Source: Escherichia phage phiWec186. From it: a stretch of 64,000 bases of DNA. The DNA is taken from sequence record LC739535.1; one strand, written 5' to 3'. The notes under the pieces were generated by a model. That model saw only the letters and a program-made list of their open reading frames with translations, was not told the DNA's origin and searched no databases. Both the position numbers and the translations under genes were made by a program. Positions 1 through 8,959 of the stretch are shown here, piece after piece (within the stretch, counting starts at the first letter, position 1; every line of letters begins with the position of its first letter).

Positions 1-680
1 ATTTAAGTGTCGCAGGGTACAGCATAGTTTCTATTGGTGCTTGGGAGTGTTCTAAGACGAGAATAGAGTTTAGTTGTGAGAATGGACACACGAAGAACAG
101 AACCCTGGCTCAAGCAAAGGTAGTAGAACCTTGTAAACAGTGTCTTGAAGAAGGCTGTACAAAACACAAACAAGATGAGGCAGAGGCAAAAATTATGAAG
201 ATAATAGAAGATAAATGTTTACCTTATGTATTTGTAGGGTGGGATACTTCTTACAAGAATGTAACTTCAAAATTCAACCTCATCTGTTCGGATCACGGTT
301 TAAAAACAATAAGATACGCTTGTTTCCTAAATGGTCATTTTTGTAACGAGTGTTCTGGTAGAAATTGCCTAAGTCTTTATTTATTAGGAGTTTATGATAG
401 AGACTTGTTGGTAGGTTTAAAATTTGGCATCTCTCAGAGTCCAGTAAGAAGGGTTCAACAGTTAAATAAAAGGAACTTATTTAAATGTAAAATACTACAG
501 ATTTGGACTTTTACATCACATGATCAAGCTGTACGGATGGAAACATTATTAAAGAACACATTGCGAACTGGAATATTTACTAAAAGAGAGATGAAAGATG
601 GTCATACAGAAACCACAGAAGTTACTAATTTAGAAACCATAATGGACCTTATGACCTCATCTCATGGATTGGTTAGTTAA
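1..680 (+). CDS. T5orf172-domain protein (GIY-YIG superfamily-like), 5' partial
   Basis: Frame is open from window start into ORF 195..680. Cys-rich N-terminal repeats and C-terminal KFGI...DGHTETT block shared with the paralog at 55452..56465. Confidence 0.55.
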   Translation, partial: LSVAGYSIVSIGAWECSKTRIEFSCENGHTKNRTLAQAKVVEPCKQCLEEGCTKHKQDEAEAKIMKIIEDKCLPYVFVGWDTSYKNVTSKFNLICSDHGLKTIRYACFLNGHFCNECSGRNCLSLYLLGVYDRDLLVGLKFGISQSPVRRVQQLNKRNLFKCKILQIWTFTSHDQAVRMETLLKNTLRTGIFTKREMKDGHTETTEVTNLETIMDLMTSSHGLVS

Positions 681-975
681 CAAAAACCTTAACATTTCCG
701 ATGTTCTTGCTGACTTCTTGTGAGAACATTGAAAGTACCTTGTCAAGCAGTTTTACTAATTCATTTGTAATTTGTTCCTCTGAACGAGAAGAAGTAAGTA
801 CCTTACTCTCACCAACGATGTGCATCACCTTGATAGGAGCATTCAGGATAACATTGTGCTTTTCATCTTCTTCGAAAGATGCTAACCACTTCTCATTATT
901 CCCGTGCAAAGCCACGATAACACCAAAACCGTTAATAGTTTGTGAAATGTTCTTAGTTGCTAATGTAATGTTCAT
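673..975 (-). CDS. hypothetical protein
   Basis: 100 aa ORF with SD-like GAGGTGA 4 nt before the ATG on the minus strand; convergent with the upstream gene. Confidence 0.45.
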   Translation of the reverse strand: MNITLATKNISQTINGFGVIVALHGNNEKWLASFEEDEKHNVILNAPIKVMHIVGESKVLTSSRSEEQITNELVKLLDKVLSMFSQEVSKNIGNVKVFVN

Positions 976-1034
976 TGTTCACCTCTCTTAATAATGTAGG
1001 GCTATTGTACACTAAAAATATTTCAGGTCAAGTG

Positions 1035-1062
1035 TTGACAAGCTTTTTGGTTCTGTTATGAT
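1035..1062 (+). promoter_or_regulatory. sigma70-like promoter TTGACA-N16-TATGAT
   Basis: TTGACA at 1035-1040 and TATGAT at 1057-1062, about 30 nt upstream of the 1093 start. Confidence 0.55.
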
Positions 1063-1092
1063 TAGCTCATACTAAATGAGAGGAGAAAACAA

Positions 1093-1530
1093 ATGCAAAA
1101 CATCAAACTGACTTGGACCGAAGCTAAAGAAGCAATGAAGGAAGGTAGACGTGTTAAACACGAGTATTTCTGTGGTGGGGAATGGTTTGAGATGCAATAT
1201 GGTGTTATTCTGGACGAACATGGTTATAATATGACTGATTGGTATCGTGACGAAGCTTGGCAGGATGATGGTTGGTCTGTGGTTGAGAAAGAAGGTAATG
1301 AGGAAGAAGGACTGTTGTCTAATGTAGAGCGCGAAATGCGGGAAACAAAGGTGCCCGAACTGGACTACCATCACCTGGAACTTCTTGTGGCAGCATCTTT
1401 CGCTACTGGAGATACAATGTGGCAAACTCCGGTGTCCCGTGTCGATAACCAAAATAAACCGTCTGCCCGTAATCACAAGCTTTACAAAGGTAAAGGTCAT
1501 AACAAACTGAAGAAAGGAAAGAAGAAATGA
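1093..1530 (+). CDS. DUF2829-like protein (possible Tad2-like)
   Basis: SD GAGAGGAG upstream. N-terminus LTWTEAKEAMKEGRRVKHEYF fits the DUF2829 pattern as I recall it; Lys-rich C-terminal tail. Confidence 0.4.
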   Translation: MQNIKLTWTEAKEAMKEGRRVKHEYFCGGEWFEMQYGVILDEHGYNMTDWYRDEAWQDDGWSVVEKEGNEEEGLLSNVEREMRETKVPELDYHHLELLVAASFATGDTMWQTPVSRVDNQNKPSARNHKLYKGKGHNKLKKGKKK

Positions 1531-1673
1531 TCTACAAAAACAAGTTCACTGGTTGTCTACGTAAGTTTGTCGATAAAAAAGGTTATGTTTCGCTTGACAA
1601 CGGGACTACATGGGTGCAGAATGGGACTTCAGAACAATTGATCAAGGCTCTGCCTTACTACGAGGAGGTTTAA
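1527..1673 (+). CDS. hypothetical small protein
   Basis: 48-codon ORF, ATGA start/stop overlap with upstream gene, SD AGGAAAG; fills the gap before 1674. Confidence 0.4.
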   Translation: MIYKNKFTGCLRKFVDKKGYVSLDNGTTWVQNGTSEQLIKALPYYEEV

Positions 1674-1997
1674 ATGTCCAACAATCTGTTTAGCGTGTCA
1701 ATCGCACCGCGTGTTAATATTCGCTGTCAGTTTGTTACCTTGCCAGGCGTGACACACATTACTTTAGAGTATGATCCTCGTTCACGAGAGAACCCAATTA
1801 CAGGCAAGATTGATTCAGCCTACGGCGACTTCCTAATGGATCACCAAGCGATCTTATGTTGTGTGCAACGCTTACAGGCAGGGTCTTTATACATCTTTAA
1901 GAAGTCTGTGTTCCAAGAGATTGCTCAAGCAGTTGAAAGCGGTATGGAGACTCTTAACGCTATGATTGAAGCAGCCAACAAGAAGGAGGTTTTATGA
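1674..1997 (+). CDS. hypothetical protein
   Basis: ORF with SD GAGGAGG upstream. Confidence 0.6.
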   Translation: MSNNLFSVSIAPRVNIRCQFVTLPGVTHITLEYDPRSRENPITGKIDSAYGDFLMDHQAILCCVQRLQAGSLYIFKKSVFQEIAQAVESGMETLNAMIEAANKKEVL

Positions 1998-2251
1998 CAC
2001 TCTATCACGTAACCACTGAAGGCGATACCGAAGGTCGTACTACAAAAGACTTAGGGTATGTTGAAGCAGATTCGCCTGAACATGCAATCAAGTATCTGCA
2101 CTCTATAGGGAAGTATGCAGGGTATAAATATGACATTCAAGAAGTTGAAGTCAACCCTGTACAAGTGGCAACACCTATGGTAGAGTTGCAGTATCTTAAA
2201 GCCAAGGTTACACCTGGGCCTTTGGGCGGTTATAAGGGAGAGGTAAAATGA
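1994..2251 (+). CDS. hypothetical protein
   Basis: ATGA overlap with upstream gene, same strand. Confidence 0.55.
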   Translation: MTLYHVTTEGDTEGRTTKDLGYVEADSPEHAIKYLHSIGKYAGYKYDIQEVEVNPVQVATPMVELQYLKAKVTPGPLGGYKGEVK

Positions 2252-2457
2252 GCGGTTGGATTAAGGTATCTGGCACCGAAGATGTTCCTGTAGGAGAGTG
2301 GCTTGTCATCATGGCAGACGGCAAGAAGGGCTTCTGTGAGGTGCACAAAGCCGCAAAAGGGACAATAGCAGTCATTAACCGTTTATTTTACTTTGACTGT
2401 GAACCTGTAATAGCGTATCATGCATTACCAACTTATGAAGAGGAGACTAACAAATGA
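2248..2457 (+). CDS. DUF551-like small protein
   Basis: MSGWIKVS...VIAYHALP pattern resembles DUF551 phage proteins; translationally coupled. Confidence 0.45.
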   Translation: MSGWIKVSGTEDVPVGEWLVIMADGKKGFCEVHKAAKGTIAVINRLFYFDCEPVIAYHALPTYEEETNK

Positions 2458-2750
2458 GCCTTACCACTATGCACAAAACACTGCTCAAACTATTTAACAA
2501 TCAACGTAATCTTTTGATCGAAGATTTCCGTAGCTTTAAACGTAACAAGGTCAATCGTGCCTACATGCCTCATTCAGCCTTTGATGCCACGTTAAAAGAG
2601 TTTCGTAACCGTATCTCTGAAATGGATGCTTACATCCGTGGCACAAAGCTTGCACGCACAGTAACTATCCAAACAGGATTGTTGCACTTTTATGATGGAA
2701 CTACCGGATCGATCTACAATCCAGACAGCATAGAGAATTATTTAAAATAG
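2454..2750 (+). CDS. hypothetical protein
   Basis: Coupled ORF, same strand. Confidence 0.5.
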   Translation: MSLTTMHKTLLKLFNNQRNLLIEDFRSFKRNKVNRAYMPHSAFDATLKEFRNRISEMDAYIRGTKLARTVTIQTGLLHFYDGTTGSIYNPDSIENYLK

Positions 2751-2952
2751 TTGTTGACTTTGATATACGAAGTATGCTACCCTACCCACGAAGTGCCGAG
2801 CGGGAGCGAGGTATAAGTGTTACCCTCCCGTTAGGGTAGAGGGTAGTAATTATAGTTTCTATCGTTAGATTGTTCGAAGAACAGAAACTTAGATCTTGTT
2901 CTTATCGTTAGATGATCGTAAGATCAAGAACATAATATAGAGGAGATAAAGA
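2751..2952. promoter_or_regulatory. structured intergenic region with inverted and direct repeats
   Basis: ctaccctaccc ... gggtagagggtag inverted repeat; tatcgttagat present twice; gttcgaagaac palindrome; TTGACT at 2755-2760. Confidence 0.4.
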
Positions 2953-3489
2953 ATGAAATTGTTAGACTATGCGATGGTTATGGATCTTAGTGTGCTTCGT
3001 GACGATGCTCAATACATGACACAGAACCAGGATGGCACCTTAAACCTGTATTCTGCCTATCCACGTAATCATGGTCCAGTTACAACTTACGGTTGGGGTG
3101 ATAGCAACTTCCTGGATTACTACCCAGCACCACGTAGCCTGGAAACTGCTGAAGATTGGTTCCACTCTATTATCAACTTGCAAGCAATCCGTGACTACCA
3201 AGAGAGTGGGTCAGATAGCAACCTGGCAAATACATTGGGAACGTTGAATACCATCTCTTACAAAGAGAAGCCGCCTAAGCTTTACTTCCTGCGGGATATT
3301 CCAGAAGGCACTTTCTTTGTCTATGGCGGTGCTGACGCTTCTGGTGAGCCTCCTATCTGGCAGAAAGTAGATGGCGGTTTAGCAGTTATGTTTGATACAG
3401 GGATCACTTCTCCGCAAGATACTTTCTCTCAAGATCGTGTGTGGAAAATCTTGAAAGCGCATCTGACTGTTAGCCCAATCCGAGAATAA
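2953..3489 (+). CDS. hypothetical protein
   Basis: 178 aa ORF, SD AGAGGAG upstream. Confidence 0.6.
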   Translation: MKLLDYAMVMDLSVLRDDAQYMTQNQDGTLNLYSAYPRNHGPVTTYGWGDSNFLDYYPAPRSLETAEDWFHSIINLQAIRDYQESGSDSNLANTLGTLNTISYKEKPPKLYFLRDIPEGTFFVYGGADASGEPPIWQKVDGGLAVMFDTGITSPQDTFSQDRVWKILKAHLTVSPIRE

Positions 3490-3509
3490 TCTTAATCTGC
3501 AAATAAGTC

Positions 3510-3538
3510 TTGATCACAAGGTTGTATTCTGATAGAAT
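3510..3538 (+). promoter_or_regulatory. sigma70-like promoter TTGATC-N17-TAGAAT
   Basis: Hexamers at 3510-3515 and 3533-3538 in the intergenic gap before 3568. Confidence 0.5.
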
Positions 3539-3567
3539 GCAATCTCACTAAACAAAAGGAGATTTAA

Positions 3568-3765
3568 ATGGCTACGAAGAAACAAAAAATGAAATGTCTG
3601 TCACTAACTCAACTGGGACACAGTGCAGGTTGTGTGACGATCGGTAAAACCTACTCCACCACTTTGAATAAAGAGAACAACAGCTTTACATTCAAAGATG
3701 ACAATGGTAACATGCAGGTGGGGATTTACCCTGAGTGTGCATTCGGTACTTGGGAAAAAGTTTAA
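3568..3765 (+). CDS. hypothetical protein
   Basis: SD AAAGGAG upstream. Confidence 0.55.
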   Translation: MATKKQKMKCLSLTQLGHSAGCVTIGKTYSTTLNKENNSFTFKDDNGNMQVGIYPECAFGTWEKV

Positions 3766-3784
3766 TTAACTGATCGGAGGGAGT

Positions 3785-3958
3785 ATGCAAGACAAGAAAA
3801 ACAATGTTCGTTATGCTTTGTACGGACGTATGGGCGTAGACTGCGAATGGAGACTTCTGTTACAGCGTATTCCCTCTTATCAAGAAGCTATGACGAAGCG
3901 AGAACATTATAAGAAGACGTGGAGACACGTTGTTTGCAAACATTACGAGGAGGCATAA
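3785..3958 (+). CDS. hypothetical small protein
   Basis: 57 aa ORF not in the track; SD GGAGGGAG; stop overlaps the next start. Confidence 0.45.
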   Translation: MQDKKNNVRYALYGRMGVDCEWRLLLQRIPSYQEAMTKREHYKKTWRHVVCKHYEEA

Positions 3959-4266
3959 TGAGCACATTATCAACAGCAGTCAAGTTCCACCAGGATTATG
4001 AAGAAGCTGTCAAAGATGCTGACAATCCTTCCTCGTTAGTGTTTGAGGATCGTACAGGTTTGAAGTGGGTTAAATCTTTCGATGAGATCTATTTCTGGTA
4101 TCCGCAGGGAGCCACAAGCAATAGTTCTCTGTATAGCTACGAACTGGAATACCGTGGCCCTGTAGATGAAGATGAAAACTTTATCATGTATTTCGTAAAT
4201 AATGGTTGCGGTGAAACGTTTAATGTTGTATTCTCTAAAGCAGATGAGTCTGACGAGGAGGTGTAA
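3958..4266 (+). CDS. hypothetical protein, tandem paralog A
   Basis: Start moved to the ATG at 3958 (SD GAGGAGG). Homologous to the next gene (ELEYRGP..FIMYFVNNGCGE vs ELEHRAP..FIMFCVSDGYGE). Confidence 0.55.
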   Translation: MSTLSTAVKFHQDYEEAVKDADNPSSLVFEDRTGLKWVKSFDEIYFWYPQGATSNSSLYSYELEYRGPVDEDENFIMYFVNNGCGETFNVVFSKADESDEEV

Positions 4267-4571
4267 TGCAGTACAATACGACTTTAAGTTTGGCAGTTGC
4301 AGCCCACATGCTGTACAATGATTCTGTGAAGGATGAGTTGTCGCCTGTGAGTTTAGCTTTCTATCTGATAGAAAGGGATTGGATGTTCTCTGGTGAGGAC
4401 GAAATCTACTACGTAAATTCGCGCGGTTTTATTGAAAGTTTTGAACTTGAACATCGCGCACCAACAGCAGAAGATGATCGTTTTATTATGTTCTGTGTAA
4501 GTGATGGTTACGGAGAGGTATATGATGTAGTATTCTTCAAAAACCGACAGAAGATTGAAGAGGAATTCTAA
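4266..4571 (+). CDS. hypothetical protein, tandem paralog B
   Basis: SD GAGGAGG; sequence similarity to 3958..4266. Confidence 0.55.
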   Translation: MQYNTTLSLAVAAHMLYNDSVKDELSPVSLAFYLIERDWMFSGEDEIYYVNSRGFIESFELEHRAPTAEDDRFIMFCVSDGYGEVYDVVFFKNRQKIEEEF

Positions 4572-4934
4572 ATGAAAAAGCTACTTTGTGTCCTGATGTT
4601 GATGATTGCCACCAATGCTACAGCCGCCCGTGACGGTTTCAAGATTGGGGTGGAAGGTAGCCAATTCTTCACTTGGTACGGTGGTGAAGCTGTCTACCAG
4701 GTGGATGATAAAAAGTATAACTGTAAGTTTGATCGTATAGATCGTGGAGTAGATAATTGGGGCGACGCTTATAAAGCAACAGGTTTTTATTGCACCAAAG
4801 AAATCTACATTACGGTCAAAGAACCACAAGACAACAGAAAGGTGTTGTTTATTGTGATAAACCCTGCTAAATTTGAAGAACGTAAAGCTTACTATGCAGA
4901 TATGTTCATTGAATACAAAAAGGAGGAAAAATGA
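4572..4934 (+). CDS. secreted protein with N-terminal signal peptide
   Basis: MKKLLCVLMLMIATNATA-ARD signal-peptide-like N-terminus; SD GAGGA. Confidence 0.55.
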   Translation: MKKLLCVLMLMIATNATAARDGFKIGVEGSQFFTWYGGEAVYQVDDKKYNCKFDRIDRGVDNWGDAYKATGFYCTKEIYITVKEPQDNRKVLFIVINPAKFEERKAYYADMFIEYKKEEK

Positions 4935-5293
4935 GAGAAACAATCGTAGATGTTGTTATTAATGGACAACGTTATGTACCTGTTATAGAGAAAGCTGAAC
5001 CAGACGCTTTAGATGTTGTCTTTGAAGATGATGATCTTGGCACTGTTACTGTACGTGAATATTTCAGACGACTACTCTCTACACTTTGGGAAGAAGAAGA
5101 CAGTTTTAGTGGAAAACGACCTTTTGGTAACTCTTGCTGGCAGTTCGATTTGATTATCGGTTTGATCGATGCTGGCTACCTGGAGGGTAAAGTTTATCGT
5201 GACGAAGATGGAGGTATAGAAGATACCGACTATGATCGTGAAGAAGCAGATAAACTCATTCAAGGTCTAATTTCACGTATGTGTTTGGGGTAA
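4931..5293 (+). CDS. hypothetical protein
   Basis: SD AAGGAGGA; coupled. Confidence 0.55.
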   Translation: MRETIVDVVINGQRYVPVIEKAEPDALDVVFEDDDLGTVTVREYFRRLLSTLWEEEDSFSGKRPFGNSCWQFDLIIGLIDAGYLEGKVYRDEDGGIEDTDYDREEADKLIQGLISRMCLG

Positions 5294-5294
5294 T

Positions 5295-5663
5295 ATGAAA
5301 GTCTTGAACTTCTACCATTTAGGTAAAGTTGTTCCCGACACTGCAATATACATTGGACGCGCGATGCCCCACTTCGGGTTGAAAGCGTCAAAGTTTGCCA
5401 ACCCGTTCAAACTGAAAGAGGATGAACCAAGAGGTGCTACCATTCAAAGATACAAAGAGTGGTTGTGGGATCAGATCCGTTCTGGTAAGATAACTCTTGA
5501 AGATTTGTTGGAGTTGGAAGGTAAAGATGTAGTCTGCTTTTGCTCGCCCCAGAAATGTCATGGAGATGTGCTCGTTGCAGCCGTGGCATGGGCGCGAAGG
5601 GAATACGATAGACGTAATCCACCGTTTACGGATGGGTATTGGAACTGGGAGGAAAATCTATGA
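5295..5663 (+). CDS. conserved phage protein (DUF4326-like motif)
   Basis: AIYIGR...ANPF...VVCFCSPQKCHGDVL pattern. Confidence 0.4.
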   Translation: MKVLNFYHLGKVVPDTAIYIGRAMPHFGLKASKFANPFKLKEDEPRGATIQRYKEWLWDQIRSGKITLEDLLELEGKDVVCFCSPQKCHGDVLVAAVAWARREYDRRNPPFTDGYWNWEENL

Positions 5664-6013
5664 AGAATATTATTGCGGTGGATGTATTTGGTGCAAGCGT
5701 CTTGCAAGACAAGCAAGCTATGCTGTACCACTATGAAGAAGATAAGCTTACGTACATTTATGTCGGGTCAGAAAAGTATCGTATCTTTGATTTGGCTTTG
5801 TTGAAAGAGGGTGATCTCCCTTTAACAGAGAAGCTATATGGCTTCAAATTCAGACGAGATGTAAAGCTTGATGGGAAGATTGCAGTGATTCAAGTTGACG
5901 CGTATTATATCATTACCTTTGTCACCCCTGTGTTCAGCGATCTGAACGGAGAAGGTGCTATTAATGATGTGATCGTCCTGAAAGTAGGTAATGCATTGCA
6001 CGATGTGAAATAA
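5660..6013 (+). CDS. hypothetical protein
   Basis: ATGA overlap, SD GGGAGGAA; start moved from 5639. Confidence 0.5.
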   Translation: MKNIIAVDVFGASVLQDKQAMLYHYEEDKLTYIYVGSEKYRIFDLALLKEGDLPLTEKLYGFKFRRDVKLDGKIAVIQVDAYYIITFVTPVFSDLNGEGAINDVIVLKVGNALHDVK

Positions 6014-6024
6014 CAGGAGGTAGT

Positions 6025-6534
6025 ATGTTCTTTGACGTAGATTCCTTATTCGTTGCCACTGCTGGACAATCTGCGGTTAACGCAGAGTTTGAAGAAAGGG
6101 AGGCGTGGATTGATGCTCATAACTATGATCCTACAAACCTAAACTGGTGCTGTATGGATATCAAAGGTATGAGCAGGGATAGTGCGTTTAGGGCATACTA
6201 CGCTGTATATACTCTTGACAATCTTTATCAGTATTTTGTATTCCGTAATATGATTGTCAACCTTAATCTTGCTGGGAGACTAAAGAACAAAAAAGAGTTT
6301 ACTTTAGGGCACTACATACCGTTCAAAAAAGGTGGTGAACATTTTCCTTCCAACTGGACAGTGCAAATAAGAGTTGAAAATAACAACGCAGGTGATACAA
6401 TACCAAAAGTCAAAACAAAATGGTCATGGGAGAAACAGGAACGTTATATACGTTCCCATCTCCCACCAAACCTGAGAGAGCCGTATGCGAGTCGGGCCTT
6501 TCATTTAATGAATATTGTCAAGAGTTTTTACTAA
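6025..6534 (+). CDS. hypothetical protein
   Basis: SD AGGAGG upstream. Confidence 0.55.
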   Translation: MFFDVDSLFVATAGQSAVNAEFEEREAWIDAHNYDPTNLNWCCMDIKGMSRDSAFRAYYAVYTLDNLYQYFVFRNMIVNLNLAGRLKNKKEFTLGHYIPFKKGGEHFPSNWTVQIRVENNNAGDTIPKVKTKWSWEKQERYIRSHLPPNLREPYASRAFHLMNIVKSFY

Positions 6535-6544
6535 GGAGGATTTA

Positions 6545-8146
6545 GTGTCTAATACTTTGAGTTTCACTCCAACCGAAGAGCAATTTGCTATTGAGCGTGC
6601 TTTCGGGGAAAACCGTTTTGTAACTATTCAAGCAAAATCTGGTTCGGGGAAAACATCTACTCTATACATGTTGGCAAATGGCACAGACAAGAGCATCCTG
6701 TACCTGGCATTCAATAAGAGCATGGCGGAAGAGGCGCGTCGCAAGATGCCGCACAATGTAGAGTGTCGAACTCTGCACTCAATCTGCTATCAGAAGCTTC
6801 CACAAAACTTACGTCACAAACTCTCGCGTCCTGAAGGGAAGTATGTGAATGTGGCGGGAACAGGTAGCGAAATTGCCAAGAAGTTTAAGATCCAAAACCT
6901 TATTGATAAAAACGGAAAGACTTTGGTCACTCGTGCTATGATCGGTTTAATGGTTAAACAAACTTTGGCTAAATATGAGTTTTCAGATGATGAGCATATC
7001 TCTTTGAAACACTTCCCTAAAATGCACATCTCTGATCTGAAACGTAAGAATGTGAATGAGAATAAGCTGATCGCAGAAGTCGTTAAATATGCAAAACAAT
7101 TGTGGCGTGAGCGTATTGATCCTAACTCGGAAACGATCATGACTCATGACACCTATGTGAAACTGTTCGAACTATCGGGCGAAGATTTAGGGTATGATAT
7201 CATCTTTGGTGATGAGTTCCAGGATGTTAACCCTGCATTCCTGTCTATCCTACGTAACGCAGAAAAGGCCAGTCGTATTGTGGTTGTAGGCGATGAGTTC
7301 CAGAGTATTTATCAGTTCCGAGGTAGTCAGAACATGATGAAAGAGACGGCTCAATATGGTGTAGAATTACCATTGACAGCATGTTTCCGTTTTGGTCCTA
7401 AAGTGGCAGACATTGCTAATGCGATCCTTAGCGATAAAACTCCACTGGCCCATCCACTGGTAGGGAAAGGGTATAACACGGTGACAGGTAGCTTCCACTC
7501 GGATATAGTGGACTTCTCCAAACCGTACACAATCATCTTCCGTAAAAACCTGACGTTGCTTATGGATGCAATGGATCGTATTGCGAACGGAGAAGATATC
7601 AATATTAACGTTGACACCAAAGATTTTATTGCTATGGTGGACAGTGTGAATGCGTTGCGTCGAGGAGATATTGACAAAGTGAAGCATGAAACCGTTCTAC
7701 CGTATGCAGACTGGCAGGAGTTTGTGGATTGTGCGGAATCAGATCCAGACGCTAAACGTCTACTGAATATTGTTGTTTCAGGTAAGGCTAACAACATTGC
7801 GTACACACTCCGTATGCACCGTAACTCACCTACAGCAAAGGTGACACTGACCACAGCACACAAATCGAAAGGTTTGGAATGGGACCAAGTTATTGTTGCA
7901 AATGACTTCCCTTCGAACTATGATAAGAAGACACGCGAGTGGGTAGGGCTGGAAGAATCTGAACGTAACCTTCTATATGTTGCTCACACACGTTGTATTA
8001 AATGTTTGCAGTGGAATGAGACAGTGCATGAGATCTTAACCATGCAGCAATTAGGAGGAGACACATCTCCTAAAATGACGGAAGAAGATGAGATGGTTGC
8101 AGCATTGGCTCGTAAGATCAAGCAGATTCGATGCGAGGAGTATTAA
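6545..8146 (+). CDS. UvrD/Rep-family (SF1) DNA helicase
   Basis: Walker A AKSGSGKTST, motif II FGDEFQD, motif III VVVGDEFQSIYQFRGS. GTG start at 6545 after AGGAGG preferred over the track TTG. Confidence 0.8.
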   Translation: MSNTLSFTPTEEQFAIERAFGENRFVTIQAKSGSGKTSTLYMLANGTDKSILYLAFNKSMAEEARRKMPHNVECRTLHSICYQKLPQNLRHKLSRPEGKYVNVAGTGSEIAKKFKIQNLIDKNGKTLVTRAMIGLMVKQTLAKYEFSDDEHISLKHFPKMHISDLKRKNVNENKLIAEVVKYAKQLWRERIDPNSETIMTHDTYVKLFELSGEDLGYDIIFGDEFQDVNPAFLSILRNAEKASRIVVVGDEFQSIYQFRGSQNMMKETAQYGVELPLTACFRFGPKVADIANAILSDKTPLAHPLVGKGYNTVTGSFHSDIVDFSKPYTIIFRKNLTLLMDAMDRIANGEDININVDTKDFIAMVDSVNALRRGDIDKVKHETVLPYADWQEFVDCAESDPDAKRLLNIVVSGKANNIAYTLRMHRNSPTAKVTLTTAHKSKGLEWDQVIVANDFPSNYDKKTREWVGLEESERNLLYVAHTRCIKCLQWNETVHEILTMQQLGGDTSPKMTEEDEMVAALARKIKQIRCEEY

Positions 8147-8147
8147 T

Positions 8148-8399
8148 ATGGCGGGTTATCATTTAATAGATATTGAGAAACAACCTTACGGCAGTATTGA
8201 AAAGATTCAGGAAGAAGTTTATGAACTTTTTGATGCTGTCGAACAGGATTGCAAAGTTATGCAATTGGTTGAATTGTCTGATATTGTGGGTGCTGTTGAA
8301 GGTGTGCTGGAGACACAGTTTCCTGGGATGACGTTGCAAGATTTGATCACCATGTCAGACATTACCAAACGTGCTTTCCGCACAGGAGGAAGATCATGA
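8148..8399 (+). CDS. MazG/HisE-like nucleotide pyrophosphohydrolase (putative)
   Basis: Small all-alpha protein with EEVYELFDAVEQD...ELSDIVGAVEGVL pattern; ATG at 8148. Confidence 0.4.
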   Translation: MAGYHLIDIEKQPYGSIEKIQEEVYELFDAVEQDCKVMQLVELSDIVGAVEGVLETQFPGMTLQDLITMSDITKRAFRTGGRS

Positions 8400-8959
8400 A
8401 TGGGGAAGTCATTGCCAATGCGATCCACTATTACGGACGCTATGCACAAATGATTCAAGTACCTTACCTGGTAGATGCAGATATTCTTGCATACACACTA
8501 CCAGAAGGTAAAGAGGATCGCCCTTTGGGGCATCCTAATGGGAGATTCTATGTTGCCAGCGCAGAACAATCCTTCCTCCAGATGGAGAAAGATGGTTTTG
8601 AGTTTGTAGCAGAGCATCCTTATATGGCATTGACACCATGTTACCGCACAGAAGATGTTCTTGATGAAAGTCATTTTAACATCTTTCTGAAACTGGAACT
8701 AATTGAGTTTTATCCGAAACATGGGCCTATAGCATATGCAAAGGATATGTGTAATTTTCTTTGGACCTATTATAGTCTGGAAACACGTATAGTAAAAACT
8801 GAAATAGGGTTTGACGTGGAAGACAAATATGGGTTAGAATTAGGATCATTCGGGATGAAGAATTCTCCGAAAGGTCATCCGTACATGTATGCCACAGGCA
8901 TAGCAGAACCACGAGCATCTATTGCTCTTAACCACAGAGAGGGGTTTATTTATGAATAA
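8396..8959 (+). CDS. hypothetical protein
   Basis: 187 aa coupled ORF; weak class-II-ligase-like YRTED motif only. Confidence 0.5.
   Translation: MNGEVIANAIHYYGRYAQMIQVPYLVDADILAYTLPEGKEDRPLGHPNGRFYVASAEQSFLQMEKDGFEFVAEHPYMALTPCYRTEDVLDESHFNIFLKLELIEFYPKHGPIAYAKDMCNFLWTYYSLETRIVKTEIGFDVEDKYGLELGSFGMKNSPKGHPYMYATGIAEPRASIALNHREGFIYE

Noticed and set aside
701-991. Plus-strand 96-aa ORF overlapping the minus-strand ORF 673..975
   Set aside because: No SD; the minus-strand ORF has a good SD.
2751-2952. Possible tRNA gene in the long intergenic gap
   Set aside because: No acceptor stem, D-arm or 7-nt T-loop could be built. The gttcgaa is a simple palindrome with a 3-nt loop.
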